Below, piece after piece: positions 1 to 10,909 of a stretch of DNA of 64,000 nt. How positions within the stretch are numbered: the stretch's first letter is position 1; each line of letters starts with the position of its first letter. The stretch comes from an uncultured bacterium (GTDB taxonomy: Bacteria; Bacteroidota; Bacteroidia; Bacteroidales; UBA932): NCBI GenBank assembly GCA_949300025.1, contig CASGCS010000014.1:39483-103482 (forward strand). The letters run 5' to 3'. The position numbers and the translations under genes are program-made. Below the pieces are notes generated by a model, which did no database searches, had not been told where the DNA came from, and saw only the letters and a program-made list of their open reading frames with translations.

Positions 1-885
1 GTAATGCTGAGCGGCTGCTATACCGGCAAGGTAAAGGCAATGTTCAACGAGCGCGGCCAGAAGGTGACAGAAGCCGGACCATCGACCCCTGTCTCGATTC
101 TCGGCCTTAACGGTGCGCCTACAGCCGGAGAAAACTTCAATGTATTCGAAGATGAAAAGGAGGCCAAGGAGATTGCCAACAAGCGCGAACAGCTTTTGAG
201 AATCCAGGGTCTGAGAACCCAGAAGCATATTACCCTTGAGGAGATAGGACGGAGAATTGCAATAGGCAACTTCCAGGAACTTAACGTAATCGTAAAGGGA
301 GACGTAGACGGTTCGATAGAGGCCCTTGCAGATTCGCTCATCAAACTCTCGACGGAAGAGATTGTGGTGAATGTAATCCACAAGGCTGTGGGAGCCATTT
401 CAGAATCAGACGTGCTTCTGGCTGCGGCATCCAACGCAATTATCATAGGATTCCAGGTAAGGCCTTCGGCTTCGGCCCGCAAGCTTGCAGAGAAGGAGGA
501 GATTGAGATAAGGCTCTACTCCATCATCTACGACGCAATAAACGAAGTGAAGAGCGGTATAGAGGGCATGCTTGCTCCTGAAGAGAAGGAGGAGGTTACA
601 GCCACTGCGGAGGTCAGGGAGATATTCAAAATATCGAAAGTGGGCACAATCGCCGGCTGCATTGTAAAGGAAGGCAAGCTCACAAGGACTGCCAAGGTAA
701 GGGTAATCAGGGACGGCATAGTCATCTATTCAGGAGAGCTGGGCTCGCTCAAGCGTTTCAAGGACGATGTAAAGGAGGTCCAGAGCGGGTACGACTGCGG
801 TCTGAACATTGCAGGCTACAACGACATAAAAGTGGGAGACGTTGTGGAGGCATACGAGATTGTAAAGATAAAGAGAGTCTTATAG
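1..885 (+). CDS. infB: translation initiation factor IF-2, C-terminal part (5' end outside window)
   Basis: Frame open from window edge to TAG 883-885; conserved IF-2 C-terminal segments recognisable ([37 protein letters not shown]). Confidence 0.9.
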   Translation, partial: VMLSGCYTGKVKAMFNERGQKVTEAGPSTPVSILGLNGAPTAGENFNVFEDEKEAKEIANKREQLLRIQGLRTQKHITLEEIGRRIAIGNFQELNVIVKGDVDGSIEALADSLIKLSTEEIVVNVIHKAVGAISESDVLLAAASNAIIIGFQVRPSASARKLAEKEEIEIRLYSIIYDAINEVKSGIEGMLAPEEKEEVTATAEVREIFKISKVGTIAGCIVKEGKLTRTAKVRVIRDGIVIYSGELGSLKRFKDDVKEVQSGYDCGLNIAGYNDIKVGDVVEAYEIVKIKRVL

Positions 886-2100
886 CAGACGCTTTTTTCT
901 CCAGTACAGTCTTTTCGAGACATACCTCACCACAAAGACCAGCAGAAGCACAGCCAGCAGCGTAATCTGCAGGAACAGCTGGGCTTCGATAGTCTGGTTG
1001 GCCGCAATCTCCTCATAGTCGCGGGCGAGGATTCTTGAAATGCCATTGTAAGGATAATCGGACATAGACCATTTGTTTACAATCAGCCCTCTTTTCAGAT
1101 AGACCAACCCTCCGTTGGAACGGTTCATGGAGAGGGCTGTCTTGTAGTCTGTCACAAGCACAGGCAATCCGGCTTCAAGGAGAGGTTTTCCGTCGCCGCT
1201 TACAATATAAGGCACGCCCCCGTTCGCCGCAACGGTATCAGCAATGCGAATGATTTTTTTCAATGCCCTGCGGCCTATCTTCCCGGAATCATGTATGGTA
1301 ATGAAAAAGAGAGGGCTGTCTGTGGAGAGCACCGTCTCCGCCACATAGTTGCCTGAAGTGTCCTTCAATACGAAATCTGTAATCTGCCCGCGCTCCTTTG
1401 CGCCTGAAACCAGTTTTGTCTCCGAAGAGAGGTAACTCCAGGTGGAATCAGGCAGGTTATCTATTGTAAACTCCCTTGATTCTCCCTCTTTAGTATAGGT
1501 GAATATTGTCCGGTACTCCCTTTCCACAGGATTGTGCAACACCTCCAGCAAATCTGTTCCCGCCCGGTACGGGGTAAAATCCACCTTGGGCAGATAGACC
1601 ACCGCCGCAAGCGCCACCGTAAACACAAGGAAAAAGTAACAGATGGTATAGAGCGTCTCCCACAAAGGAAGGGCTATAGGTTCAAACTTGTCTCTGCGCA
1701 GATAGACTACAAGTATGGCCGCCAGAAGCACCACATTCTTCAGAAACGTGGCCCAGTTTGAAAGATGTATGGCTTCGCCGAAACAGCCGCAATCCTCCAC
1801 GGGATTGAAAACGGCGGAATAGAGAGTGAGCAGAGAGAAAAAACTTATGAATATGAGCGCGACCAGTGAACAAAGACGCATTTTCATTCCCTTTAGCAGG
1901 GCAATTCCTGTCACAAACTCAACGCAGCAGAGTATTATGGAGGCCGGGAGCGAAAGGAAATCGAAAAATTCCAGATGAAAGGCCCTCAGATACTCTTCAA
2001 TCTTTATTGCACCGCCCACCGGGTCTACCGCCTTGAGAAAACCGGAAAGGAAGAAGACCAGTCCTGCAACAATCCTGCAAATATTCTGCAATATGTTCAC
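880..2100 (-). CDS. DoxX/MauE-family membrane protein with soluble thioredoxin-fold-like C-terminal half (BT_3928-like)
   Basis: 406-aa ORF; N-terminal multi-pass membrane part ([19 protein letters not shown]) typical of MauE/DoxX, soluble C-terminal half; 6-nt convergent overlap with infB stop. Confidence 0.6.
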   Translation of the reverse strand: MNILQNICRIVAGLVFFLSGFLKAVDPVGGAIKIEEYLRAFHLEFFDFLSLPASIILCCVEFVTGIALLKGMKMRLCSLVALIFISFFSLLTLYSAVFNPVEDCGCFGEAIHLSNWATFLKNVVLLAAILVVYLRRDKFEPIALPLWETLYTICYFFLVFTVALAAVVYLPKVDFTPYRAGTDLLEVLHNPVEREYRTIFTYTKEGESREFTIDNLPDSTWSYLSSETKLVSGAKERGQITDFVLKDTSGNYVAETVLSTDSPLFFITIHDSGKIGRRALKKIIRIADTVAANGGVPYIVSGDGKPLLEAGLPVLVTDYKTALSMNRSNGGLVYLKRGLIVNKWSMSDYPYNGISRILARDYEEIAANQTIEAQLFLQITLLAVLLLVFVVRYVSKRLYWRKKRLL

Positions 2101-2101
2101 G

Positions 2102-2779
2102 CTATGAAAGTTTATCGATTATACTTTTTATAGAGGAAAAAATCTGCTCTGCCGGCAACATTTCTCCATTCTCCCCCGCACACTCCACCCGTATGAAATT
2201 ACGGTCTGTACGGCACTGCTCCAGATAAATCCCGCGCACCCGCTTCTGGAACTCTATGTCGGCCTCGTGAATATCTGCCTTGCCCTTGAGATAATCCCTG
2301 TCGTCACCCTTTCTCGCCTCTTTCAGCCTCCTGTCTACAAAAGAGATGGGGACATCAAGAAAAATATTTGCATCGGGTACCGGAATTGCGAACTTCCCAT
2401 ACTCGAGGTTGAAAATCCACTCCCTAAGTCCGGCGGCACTCTCCTTCTCCTTCAATTTTGAACACTGATAGGCTATGTTGGAATAGACATAACGGTCCAG
2501 CAGCACGCAGCAGCCCTGTGAAAGCCACTCCTTTATGAGAGGAGCCGCATCTGCCCTGTCCTGCGCGAAAAGCAGCGCCACAAGCTGCGGGTGCACCGCA
2601 TCGTTCGAACCGAACTCCCCGCGCAGGAATTTGGCTATCAACTCTCCGTAAACCGGCGCATCGAACCTTGGGAAGTGCAGGTATTTCAGCTTCCGCCCCG
2701 TATTTTCTATATACTCTTTCACAAGAGCCACCTGAGTGCTCTTTCCGGCTCCGTCGAGCCCTTCTATAACTATCAGCAT
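2102..2779 (-). CDS. tmk: thymidylate (dTMP) kinase-like P-loop kinase
   Basis: 225 aa; N-terminal P-loop IVIEGLDGAGKSTQ and LLDRYVYSN motif as in dTMP kinases. Confidence 0.75.
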   Translation of the reverse strand: MLIVIEGLDGAGKSTQVALVKEYIENTGRKLKYLHFPRFDAPVYGELIAKFLRGEFGSNDAVHPQLVALLFAQDRADAAPLIKEWLSQGCCVLLDRYVYSNIAYQCSKLKEKESAAGLREWIFNLEYGKFAIPVPDANIFLDVPISFVDRRLKEARKGDDRDYLKGKADIHEADIEFQKRVRGIYLEQCRTDRNFIRVECAGENGEMLPAEQIFSSIKSIIDKLS

Positions 2780-2843
2780 AATCTCTCTCCTTACTCGGCT
2801 TAATCAAGCAAAAATACAAAATTTTAGATTTACGGGAAATTTA

Positions 2844-2851
2844 TAAATTTG
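2844..2851 (+). promoter_or_regulatory. Bacteroides-type -7 promoter box (taaatttg) upstream of folP
   Basis: Exact match to the TAnnTTTG consensus 26 nt before the folP ATG (2877). Confidence 0.45.
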
Positions 2852-2876
2852 CGCCGGACAAGAAATCCACGCAGCC

Positions 2877-3761
2877 ATGAAACAGGTAATGGGGATAATA
2901 AATGTAAACGGCGACTCTTTCTACAGCGGAAGCCGCTGTACAAGCCGGGAGCAGATAAAGCGTAAAATAGAGCAGATGGTGGAGGAAGGGGCCGACATTC
3001 TGGATTTCGGAGCATGCTCTACCAGACCGGGCTCCACTCCTGTAGACGAGAGCCGGGAATGGGAGGGAATAAGTCTCGCACTCTCGGTTGTAAGAGACGA
3101 ACTCAGGGAAAAGGATTCTGCATGCAGCAGACTTTTCAAAAGAGTCGGGCAGCGTCACGCACTCTCGATAGACACATTCCGCAGTTCCATTGTGGAGAAG
3201 GCCTACGATTTGATAGGCGATTTTACCGTAAACGACATAAGCGCCGGAGAAGACGACCGGAGGATGCTGCTGCTGGCAGGCAGACTGAAACTGCCTTACA
3301 TTGCCATGCACAAAAAGGGCAGCCCCCTTGACATGCAGCAAAGGTGCGATTATGAAAGAGGGGTGGTGGCGGAAGTCACAGAGTACTTCAAAAAATTTCA
3401 TGCCAAGGCCCTGGAACACGGCATAACCGAATATATCATAGATCCGGGATTCGGATTTGCAAAGACAGTCGAACAGAACTATCAGTTGCTCTCCGGAATA
3501 GGGAGATTGAAAAGCAGCATCTCCAGCATTGCAGGCAGCGGAGAGAGGCCTGTCAGGATATTGATAGGGCTGTCGAGAAAAAGCATGATATGGAAACCGC
3601 TCGGCATCTCTCCCGAACAGGCTCTGTGCCCCACCGCCGCTCTCAATCTGCAGGCGCTCCTGCTCGGAGGCGACATTCTGCGGGTGCACGATGTTGCACC
3701 GGCTGCCGAATGCATAAAACTTTACCGGCAACTTGCACCCTGTCTGAATAAAGATTTTTAA
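2877..3761 (+). CDS. folP: dihydropteroate synthase
   Basis: 294 aa; DHPS pterin-binding motifs GIINVNGDSFYSG, ILDFGACSTRPG, SIDT, NDISAG, DPGFGFAKT. Confidence 0.85.
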   Translation: MKQVMGIINVNGDSFYSGSRCTSREQIKRKIEQMVEEGADILDFGACSTRPGSTPVDESREWEGISLALSVVRDELREKDSACSRLFKRVGQRHALSIDTFRSSIVEKAYDLIGDFTVNDISAGEDDRRMLLLAGRLKLPYIAMHKKGSPLDMQQRCDYERGVVAEVTEYFKKFHAKALEHGITEYIIDPGFGFAKTVEQNYQLLSGIGRLKSSISSIAGSGERPVRILIGLSRKSMIWKPLGISPEQALCPTAALNLQALLLGGDILRVHDVAPAAECIKLYRQLAPCLNKDF

Positions 3762-3793
3762 CTTTGTGGTTTAACCGAAATAATAGATACAGT

Positions 3794-5137
3794 ATGTCTG
3801 ACAATACACTTACTGCCATATCGCCTGTCGACGGCAGATACCATGAAAAGGTAAAGGATCTGGAACACTATTTTTCTGAATATGCCCTCATAAAATACAG
3901 GGTCAGGGTCGAGATTGAATATTTCATAGCGCTGTGCGAGATTCCGCTCGAACAGCTCAGGACGTTCAACGGTGCAGACTTTGAAAAACTTAGGAACATC
4001 TATCGGAACTTTACAATAGAGAATGCAGAAGAGATAAAAGAGATAGAAAAGACCACCAACCACGATGTAAAGGCGGTGGAATATTTCATAAAGAGACGCT
4101 TCAAGGAGATGGGGCTGGAAAAGTTCGGAGAATTCGTCCACTTCGGACTTACCTCTCAGGATATAAACAACACATCAGTTCCCCTTTCGCTCTGCGAAGC
4201 CATAAACGAATCATACATGCCGCAGATAGGCAGCCTGCTCTCCAGACTCGAATCTTACGCGCAGGAGTGGAAAGATGTTCCCATGCTGGCACACACCCAC
4301 GGACAGCCGGCCTCCCCCACCCGTCTCGGCAAAGAGATTGCGGTCTTTACGGCAAGGCTCAGGGAACAGCTCAGGCAGCTGGAGCAAATACCTCATTCAG
4401 CCAAATTCGGCGGTGCGACAGGCAACATGAACGCCCACTATTTCACCTACCCGGAAATAGACTGGCACGGCTTTGCAGACCGCTTCGTAAGCGAAAAGCT
4501 GCATCTTAAAAGATCTTTCCCCACAACCCAGATAGAGCATTACGACAACCTTGCAGCCCTGTTCGACTGCCTGAAAAGGATAAACACCATTCTCATAGAC
4601 CTTTCGAGAGATTTCTGGACCTATATCTCCATGGAGTATTTCAGACAGAAAATCAAGGCAGGAGAGGTTGGGTCATCGGCAATGCCGCACAAGGTGAATC
4701 CCATAGACTTTGAAAATGCAGAGGGCAATCTCGGTGTTGCCAACGCGCTCTACACCCACCTGGCCGGCAAACTCCCCGTCTCCAGAATGCAGAGAGACCT
4801 TACAGACTCTACCGTACTCAGGAACATAGGAGTTCCAGTAGCCCACTCCATAATTGCATTCAAGTCGCTGCTCAAAGGTCTGGACAAACTCATCCTCAAC
4901 CGTGAAAAGCTTGATGCAGACCTGGAGGCGAACTGGGCCGTGGTTGCAGAGGGAATCCAGAACGTGCTGCGCAGGGAAGGCTATCCCAACCCGTATGAGA
5001 CCCTCAAGGCGCTTACACGCGGCAACAGCGGCATAACAAAAGAGAGCATCCGCCACTTTGTAGAGGGGCTCGAGGTAGCCGAAAGCGTAAAGGAGAAACT
5101 GCTCTCCATCACCCCGCAAAACTATACCGGGAAATAG
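3794..5137 (+). CDS. purB: adenylosuccinate lyase
   Basis: ORF 3764-5137; likely ATG at 3794 (MSDNTLTAISPVDGRY); fumarate-lyase signature GSSAMPHKVNP. Confidence 0.9.
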   Translation: MSDNTLTAISPVDGRYHEKVKDLEHYFSEYALIKYRVRVEIEYFIALCEIPLEQLRTFNGADFEKLRNIYRNFTIENAEEIKEIEKTTNHDVKAVEYFIKRRFKEMGLEKFGEFVHFGLTSQDINNTSVPLSLCEAINESYMPQIGSLLSRLESYAQEWKDVPMLAHTHGQPASPTRLGKEIAVFTARLREQLRQLEQIPHSAKFGGATGNMNAHYFTYPEIDWHGFADRFVSEKLHLKRSFPTTQIEHYDNLAALFDCLKRINTILIDLSRDFWTYISMEYFRQKIKAGEVGSSAMPHKVNPIDFENAEGNLGVANALYTHLAGKLPVSRMQRDLTDSTVLRNIGVPVAHSIIAFKSLLKGLDKLILNREKLDADLEANWAVVAEGIQNVLRREGYPNPYETLKALTRGNSGITKESIRHFVEGLEVAESVKEKLLSITPQNYTGK

Positions 5138-5161
5138 ATATTACCCAAAAGAGGCATTTAA

Positions 5162-6274
5162 ATGAAGGTTCTGATAGTTTCCGACGCAAGGAGCACACAT
5201 ACGAGAAGATGGGTGAAGTCGCTTAGGGATTCGGGCGTCGATGTGGCCCTCTTTTCTCCCAACCCGGTATCGGACAACTTTTTCGGAACCGAAAGGATAA
5301 GGCTCTACTGCTACGACCTCTTCTCATACAAGAGAAAGGGAAAGCACTCACCCCTAATGAAGTTTTTCAGGCACATCGGGGCGGTGCGGGCGCTCAAAAG
5401 GGCCATAAAGATAGAACAGCCGGAACTGCTGCACGCGCACTATCTTACAAGCTATGCGCTCATTGCATCGCTGGCCAGATTCCACCCTCTGGTTATATCG
5501 GTATGGGGTTCCGACATTTACGAATTCCCGCACCTTTCGCTCTTCAACCGCCTGGCGGTAAAATATTCTCTGCGGCATGCAGAACGGGTCTGCTCCACTT
5601 CGCACATAATGGCACGAGAATGCGCCAAATATTACAGTGGGGAGATTACTGTCATCCCGTTCGGCGTAGAGACCTCGCTTTTCAGGAAGATGGAGGAGTA
5701 TGCGCCCCAAAAGGGAACCTTTGTAGTGGGGACAGTAAAGACAATGGCTCCCAAATATGGCATAGACACGCTCATAAAGGCATTTTCTACAGTTTCAAAA
5801 AAACATGGCGTCGCCGCTCTAAAACTCATCATAGTGGGCGACGGCCCGAATCTGGAGGAGTACAGGCAACTGGCCGCATCTCTCGAGCTTGAAAACGTAG
5901 AATTCAGAGGAAGGGTTGAAAACTCTCTCCTCCCGCAGATATACAACTCATTCTCCGTTGCGGCATCCCTCTCGAACAGCGAAAGTTTCGGAGTGGTTGC
6001 AGTAGAGGCCATGGCCTGTCAGTGTCCTGTAATAACATCAGATGCCGACGGCTTTACGGAAGCAGTGGAAGACGGCGTAACGGGAATAATCGTGCCAAAA
6101 GCCGATGTTCAGGCTGCGGCAATGGCAATAGAATATTTCATGGAAAACCCAGAAATCGGGGAGCGTATGGGAGCGGCCGGACGGGAAAGGGTTCTGCGCC
6201 TCTACAAATGGAAGGACAATGTAGCCGCAATGGTCGAGACCTACAGAAATTGCATAACAGAATATGAGCAGTGA
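5162..6274 (+). CDS. glycosyltransferase family 4 (GT-B, Glycos_transf_1)
   Basis: 370 aa; C-terminal retaining-GT motif SESFGVVAVEAMACQCPVITSD...GVTG. Confidence 0.8.
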   Translation: MKVLIVSDARSTHTRRWVKSLRDSGVDVALFSPNPVSDNFFGTERIRLYCYDLFSYKRKGKHSPLMKFFRHIGAVRALKRAIKIEQPELLHAHYLTSYALIASLARFHPLVISVWGSDIYEFPHLSLFNRLAVKYSLRHAERVCSTSHIMARECAKYYSGEITVIPFGVETSLFRKMEEYAPQKGTFVVGTVKTMAPKYGIDTLIKAFSTVSKKHGVAALKLIIVGDGPNLEEYRQLAASLELENVEFRGRVENSLLPQIYNSFSVAASLSNSESFGVVAVEAMACQCPVITSDADGFTEAVEDGVTGIIVPKADVQAAAMAIEYFMENPEIGERMGAAGRERVLRLYKWKDNVAAMVETYRNCITEYEQ

Positions 6275-7751
6275 ACTTAAAGAGAAGACGGCCAAGGGAG
6301 TCAGCTGGGGGTTTGTAGACAACTTCCTAAACTACGGCATAGTGGCCGTGGCAAACATAGTGCTGGCAAATCTGCTCACACCGTCGGACTTTGGTATAAT
6401 AGGCATGACCGCACTCTTTATCACACTCTCCACCTCACTTGTCGACAGCGGCTTTACAGGTGCGCTCACCAGAAAGAAGGAGGTAAACGATGCAGACCTG
6501 AGCACAGTCTTCTATTTCAATTTTGCAATAAGCCTGCTGCTCTATGCCGTACTTTTTCTCACGGCGCCGCTTATTGCAGCCTTTTTTGAAGAGGAGATAC
6601 TTGTGCCGGTAATACGCATTCTTTCGCTATCGCTTGTCGTAAATGCACTCGGCATTGTACACAAGGTGCTATTCATAAGGGTTATAGACTTCAAGACCCA
6701 GGCAAAAATCTCCCTGTTTTCCGCAGTAGCCTCGTCGCTGCTTGCAATCGCGGCGGCATTTTACGGAATGGGGGTGTGGAGTCTTGTGATATTGCAGGTT
6801 GCAAGAGCGGCCATCTCAACCATAATGCTTTGGATAATGTCTAAATGGCGCCCGGGCCTGCTCTTCTCCGGAAAGAGTTTCAAAGAGATGTTCTCGTTCG
6901 GAAGCAGGCTGCTGGCCACCTCAATCATAAGCGCCGTATGGAGCGAAATGTACTCTTTCATAATAGGAAAATTCTACACCTCCTCCACTCTGGGGTTCTA
7001 CTCGCATGCAAACAAGACAAAGAACATGGTTACCTCAAATGTGAGCATAGTGATGCAGAGAGTGAGTTTCCCTGTTCTCTCGTCGGTACAGGACGAACGC
7101 CTCAGAAGAGTTGAGGTATACAGAAAAGTGCTCAAGACAACGGTGCTGATAGCCTTTACCGCGGTCCTGGGCTTGTGGGCCATCGCCCCCAACTTCACTG
7201 CCGGCATATTCGGGGAACAGTGGATTCCGGCCGTAGGCTATATAAGGATACTCTGCTTTTCGGGGCTTTTCATCCCCATGATAATGTGCGGAGCCAATGT
7301 CATAAATTCCGACGGCCGCTCAGACATAACCCTCATGCTGGAGATTCTCAAGACCCTGCTTGCCGTCATCCCCCTTCTGCTTGGAATATTCATAAGCATA
7401 GAGGCTCTGCTCTACGGCATGATAGCCACCCATGCAGTACTCTTTACGCTCCACTCGCTGTATGTTGCCAAGATAACGGGATACCGGTTCGCAGACCAGA
7501 TTCGCGACATCCTGCCGCCTCTTGTCGTGGCCGGAGTGATGAGCGGACTGGTAAACCTTTTGAATCTGCTGCCCCTGCACCCTCTGGCCGGGCTTGCAGT
7601 GCAGGTTGCCGCAGGAGGTGCCATAATTCTCACCACCTACGAATTCATATACAGAAACAGCGAGTACTGCGACATTAAAGAACAGCTTCTCAAGGCTTTC
7701 CGCAAGGTTGGAAAAAGGGGGCACGGAGAAGGAAAGCAAGCAGGAAGATGA
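6264..7751 (+). CDS. Wzx-like polysaccharide flippase (MOP superfamily)
   Basis: 495 aa, hydrophobic multi-pass throughout, polysaccharide-biosynthesis-protein layout; overlaps GT4 stop by 11 nt and the next GT2 by 4 nt. Confidence 0.7.
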   Translation: MSSELKEKTAKGVSWGFVDNFLNYGIVAVANIVLANLLTPSDFGIIGMTALFITLSTSLVDSGFTGALTRKKEVNDADLSTVFYFNFAISLLLYAVLFLTAPLIAAFFEEEILVPVIRILSLSLVVNALGIVHKVLFIRVIDFKTQAKISLFSAVASSLLAIAAAFYGMGVWSLVILQVARAAISTIMLWIMSKWRPGLLFSGKSFKEMFSFGSRLLATSIISAVWSEMYSFIIGKFYTSSTLGFYSHANKTKNMVTSNVSIVMQRVSFPVLSSVQDERLRRVEVYRKVLKTTVLIAFTAVLGLWAIAPNFTAGIFGEQWIPAVGYIRILCFSGLFIPMIMCGANVINSDGRSDITLMLEILKTLLAVIPLLLGIFISIEALLYGMIATHAVLFTLHSLYVAKITGYRFADQIRDILPPLVVAGVMSGLVNLLNLLPLHPLAGLAVQVAAGGAIILTTYEFIYRNSEYCDIKEQLLKAFRKVGKRGHGEGKQAGR

Positions 7752-8563
7752 CTGTCTCCATTATCATAGTAAACTACAACACGGCGGATATGCTGTATGA
7801 GTGCCTTGAGAGCATTGTGGAAAACATCACCTGCGGGATAGAGGTTATCGTTGCCGACAATGCCTCTACAGACAACTCTCTTTCACGCTGCATTGCCGGG
7901 TTGCAGAACCAAAAAATCAGATATATCCCGCTCGGGAGGAACTACGGCTTTGCCGCCGCCAACAATATGGCTGCCGAAAGGGCCACGGGAGAAATCCTCC
8001 ATTTTCTCAACCCCGACACAAAGGTAAGCGGCGCACTGAATGCAGATTACGCCACGGCTGCCGCCAATCCGCAATATGTATATGTAAACCCTCTCATAAA
8101 CCGCGACGGCACAGTTGAAAACGGGGCCATGCCCCTGCCATTTGTCGGAAACATTTTCCGATGGATTTTCTGCCGCTCAAAAGCGCGGTGCTGGTACAAG
8201 GGGGCGTCTGTAATTATCTCCGCCGAAAATTTTCACAGAGCGGGCCGCTGGTGCGAAGATTATTTCATGTATGCAGAAGACCTCGACCTCTTCTATACCT
8301 TAAGCAAAAAGGGGATAGAGACAAGAGAGGCAGCATCTTCCATTTTCCACTACGGGGGAGGCAGCAGTTCAAAAAAGTGGAGCGCCGTAGAGAGAGAGAC
8401 TCTCGTACAACGCTCCATGCGCCTTTTTTACAGAAAAAACTCCAATATGTTCCAATATTTTGCGGTGAAGTTCTACTACCTTCTGCACTATCTCTTCAAG
8501 AATCCCCGCCGCATTCCCGCAGACATCAGGGCCTGGATCATGAGTTTCGGTAAAGGAGAATAG
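7748..8563 (+). CDS. glycosyltransferase family 2
   Basis: 271 aa; N-terminal VSIIIVNYNT ... ADNASTDNS ... NYGFAAANN GT2 pattern. Confidence 0.8.
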   Translation: MTVSIIIVNYNTADMLYECLESIVENITCGIEVIVADNASTDNSLSRCIAGLQNQKIRYIPLGRNYGFAAANNMAAERATGEILHFLNPDTKVSGALNADYATAAANPQYVYVNPLINRDGTVENGAMPLPFVGNIFRWIFCRSKARCWYKGASVIISAENFHRAGRWCEDYFMYAEDLDLFYTLSKKGIETREAASSIFHYGGGSSSKKWSAVERETLVQRSMRLFYRKNSNMFQYFAVKFYYLLHYLFKNPRRIPADIRAWIMSFGKGE

Positions 8564-8571
8564 AAACCAGA

Positions 8572-9132
8572 CTATTTCTCCTCGCCGAAGTATCTCTTGT
8601 AGAGACCTGCGAATCCCTGGCCGTGGCGAGCCTCATCCTTGCACATCTCATGAACAGTGTCATGGATTGCATCCAGATTGAGTTGCTTTGCCTTGGTTGC
8701 TATTCTCTTCTTGTCTTCACATGCACCGGCCTCGGCCTCCATTCTCTTCTTGAGGTTTGTCTTGGTATCCCATACGACCTCGCCTATCAGCTCTGCAAAT
8801 CTTGCTGCATGCTCAGCCTCCTCAAAAGCATATCTCTTGAAAGCCTCTGCAACCTCGGGATAACCCTCTCTGTCTGCCTGACGGCTCATTGCCAGATACA
8901 TTCCCACTTCTGTACACTCGCCGTTGAAGTGGTTCTGCAAACCTTCCCAAATTTCAGAATCGCAACCTTTTGCCACTCCGAGCCTGTGCTCGTCTGCCCA
9001 TACCGGGGCGCCTTCTGTCTCCACTACCTCTTTGAACTTGCTTGCGGGAGCCTTGCAAAGCGGGCAAAATTCAGGTGCAGAATCTCCTTCATGTACATAA
9101 CCGCATACTGTGCAGATAAATTTCTTTTTCAT
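8572..9132 (-). CDS. rbr: rubrerythrin with reversed domain order (N-terminal rubredoxin, C-terminal diiron ferritin-like)
   Basis: 186 aa; CTVCGYV...CPLCKAP rubredoxin pair at N-terminus, then ExxH diiron motifs ([17 protein letters not shown]). Confidence 0.85.
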   Translation of the reverse strand: MKKKFICTVCGYVHEGDSAPEFCPLCKAPASKFKEVVETEGAPVWADEHRLGVAKGCDSEIWEGLQNHFNGECTEVGMYLAMSRQADREGYPEVAEAFKRYAFEEAEHAARFAELIGEVVWDTKTNLKKRMEAEAGACEDKKRIATKAKQLNLDAIHDTVHEMCKDEARHGQGFAGLYKRYFGEEK

Positions 9133-9176
9133 AACGTTTCTCCTTTTGTCTGTTATTGTTGTTGAATATTGTTTTT

Positions 9177-9197
9177 AATTATTAGTAAATAATAATT
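9177..9197. promoter_or_regulatory. perfect 8-5-8 palindrome aattatta-gtaaa-taataatt, candidate operator of rubrerythrin
   Basis: Exact dyad read directly; lies between the predicted minus-strand -7 box (9212-9219) and the rbr ATG (9132). Confidence 0.35.
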
Positions 9198-9211
9198 TTT
9201 AAAATCTATTG

Positions 9212-9219
9212 CAAAGGTA
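9212..9219 (-). promoter_or_regulatory. -7 promoter box (tacctttg on minus strand) for rubrerythrin
   Basis: Exact TAnnTTTG match about 80 nt upstream of the rbr start. Confidence 0.45.
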
Positions 9220-9272
9220 AGACTATTTTTCATAATAACAAATTTTTGTAGAATAATTTTCAAAAAAAAACA

Positions 9273-9280
9273 TACCTTTG
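9273..9280 (+). promoter_or_regulatory. -7 promoter box (tacctttg) upstream of the membrane protein gene
   Basis: Exact TAnnTTTG match 34 nt before ATG 9314; TTTG at 9245-9248 as a possible -33. Confidence 0.4.
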
Positions 9281-9313
9281 GACTCATTTTAAAGTTGAAC
9301 AAGACTCCAAAGC

Positions 9314-10909
9314 ATGAAAACCGTAATCAGGACACTCAACAGATTCTCCCGCAGAATTGCCGCAACAACTGCGAATTACCCTGCCGAGACATTTATCATA
9401 CTGCTGTTTTTCATATACGCACTTCTGGCAACCAATGATACCGTACCTGCTGAAAGATGCTACACCGCACTCTATCCCCTCTTTCTTACCGTTGCATTTC
9501 TGTGCAATACAGTCTCTGCCCGGCATAAGGGGCAAAAGAGGCATCCCATGCGCCTTCTCTACTATGCAAGTACACTGCTTCCGCTCTTTTTCCTGAAGAG
9601 CGACGTATCAGGATTCGTCAACTCCACTTCATATTTCATATCACTCATACTTTGCCCGCTCTCTGTTTTTGCCGCAGGGCTGAAAAAAGAAAACCTCTCT
9701 TATGTCTCACAGTCCACAACCCATATAAAGAACGCCGTGTATGCTGCCTCGCTCTCAGGCATGACATTCGTCCTGCTTTATGCAATCTACCTGTCGTTCA
9801 CCTATATTTTCTTTCCTGAAAACAGCCAGCCATACCACATGGCCGACATTACAACCTACCTGCTTATCTTTTCATTCCTGCTCTTCATGCCTTTTGCATT
9901 CCTCGCATTTACAAGAAAAAGCCGTGAGAATACCGCAAGAAAAAGAGTTCCGCATACACTAGACATTGCCGGCATAGCAATCAACTACATCATGACACCG
10001 GCACTGCTGGTCTACACATGCATGCTTTACATTTACTTTGCAAGCATACTTATTACATGGACTCTTCCAAAAGGGGGCATAGCCATGATGGTATTCATAT
10101 ATACCATGGCGGCAATGGCTGCCAGGGCTGTCCACATGACAATCAGGAAACAGCATGTTTTCGCCAGATTCTACACAAGATTCAGCTTCATCTCTCTTCC
10201 GGCTCTCATAATGTTCTGGATAGGGGTCTGGTACCGGATTTCAGAATATGGCTTTACACAGGCAAGGGTCTATCTGGTAATATGCGGCGTAATCATGACC
10301 GCAACCATGGTGCTCTTTTTCTCAGAAAAATATGGCAGATTCCTCTATGCAAACATTATTGCAATAGTGCTGCTTGCACTGTTTACATACGTTCCAGGCA
10401 TCTCTGCCGCAGAGATAGAGCAAAGGTCACAGGCTGGCCGCACTGCAGATCATCCGGCAAATGCCGCCGACACTGTATATGCAGAAAAGGCAACGTTCCT
10501 GTACTGGTACAGCAATGAATTGCAAGCCGAAAATATTCCTGTAGACATAACAGGCTTCTGTTCGCTGCACAAGATAGGCTGGTCTGACTCCGGTTACGGC
10601 GACGGACTCTACCGCTATAACACCAGTCCTGCAGTATCGGGCAATGCACAGACAAGGCTCATTGTTGTCTCCCCCTCAAACGACACACTGGCAAACAGAA
10701 GTTTTGCCGAAATTCTAAGTGCCCAGTTTGAAAAATGCGGGCTTGATGCCCGATGTCCGGCCGATTCGCTGCAGGCCCACAGGGCAGAACTTCTTGTATA
10801 CGATACAGACAGCATGCGCATCGTATTCGACAATCTGTCGCTCGGGACAAAACAGGACTCAACCCACTTCCTGATAGATGTCACTCCGGAACTCCTTTTG
10901 CTGAAATAG
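9314..10909 (+). CDS. large multi-pass membrane protein with soluble C-terminal domain (DUF4153-like)
   Basis: 531 aa; about 10 or more hydrophobic segments followed by a roughly 150-aa soluble tail; the family name is recall only. Confidence 0.5.
   Translation: MKTVIRTLNRFSRRIAATTANYPAETFIILLFFIYALLATNDTVPAERCYTALYPLFLTVAFLCNTVSARHKGQKRHPMRLLYYASTLLPLFFLKSDVSGFVNSTSYFISLILCPLSVFAAGLKKENLSYVSQSTTHIKNAVYAASLSGMTFVLLYAIYLSFTYIFFPENSQPYHMADITTYLLIFSFLLFMPFAFLAFTRKSRENTARKRVPHTLDIAGIAINYIMTPALLVYTCMLYIYFASILITWTLPKGGIAMMVFIYTMAAMAARAVHMTIRKQHVFARFYTRFSFISLPALIMFWIGVWYRISEYGFTQARVYLVICGVIMTATMVLFFSEKYGRFLYANIIAIVLLALFTYVPGISAAEIEQRSQAGRTADHPANAADTVYAEKATFLYWYSNELQAENIPVDITGFCSLHKIGWSDSGYGDGLYRYNTSPAVSGNAQTRLIVVSPSNDTLANRSFAEILSAQFEKCGLDARCPADSLQAHRAELLVYDTDSMRIVFDNLSLGTKQDSTHFLIDVTPELLLLK

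Noticed and set aside
2841-3731. 296-aa minus-strand ORF
   Set aside because: It is antisense to folP, which carries unambiguous DHPS motifs.
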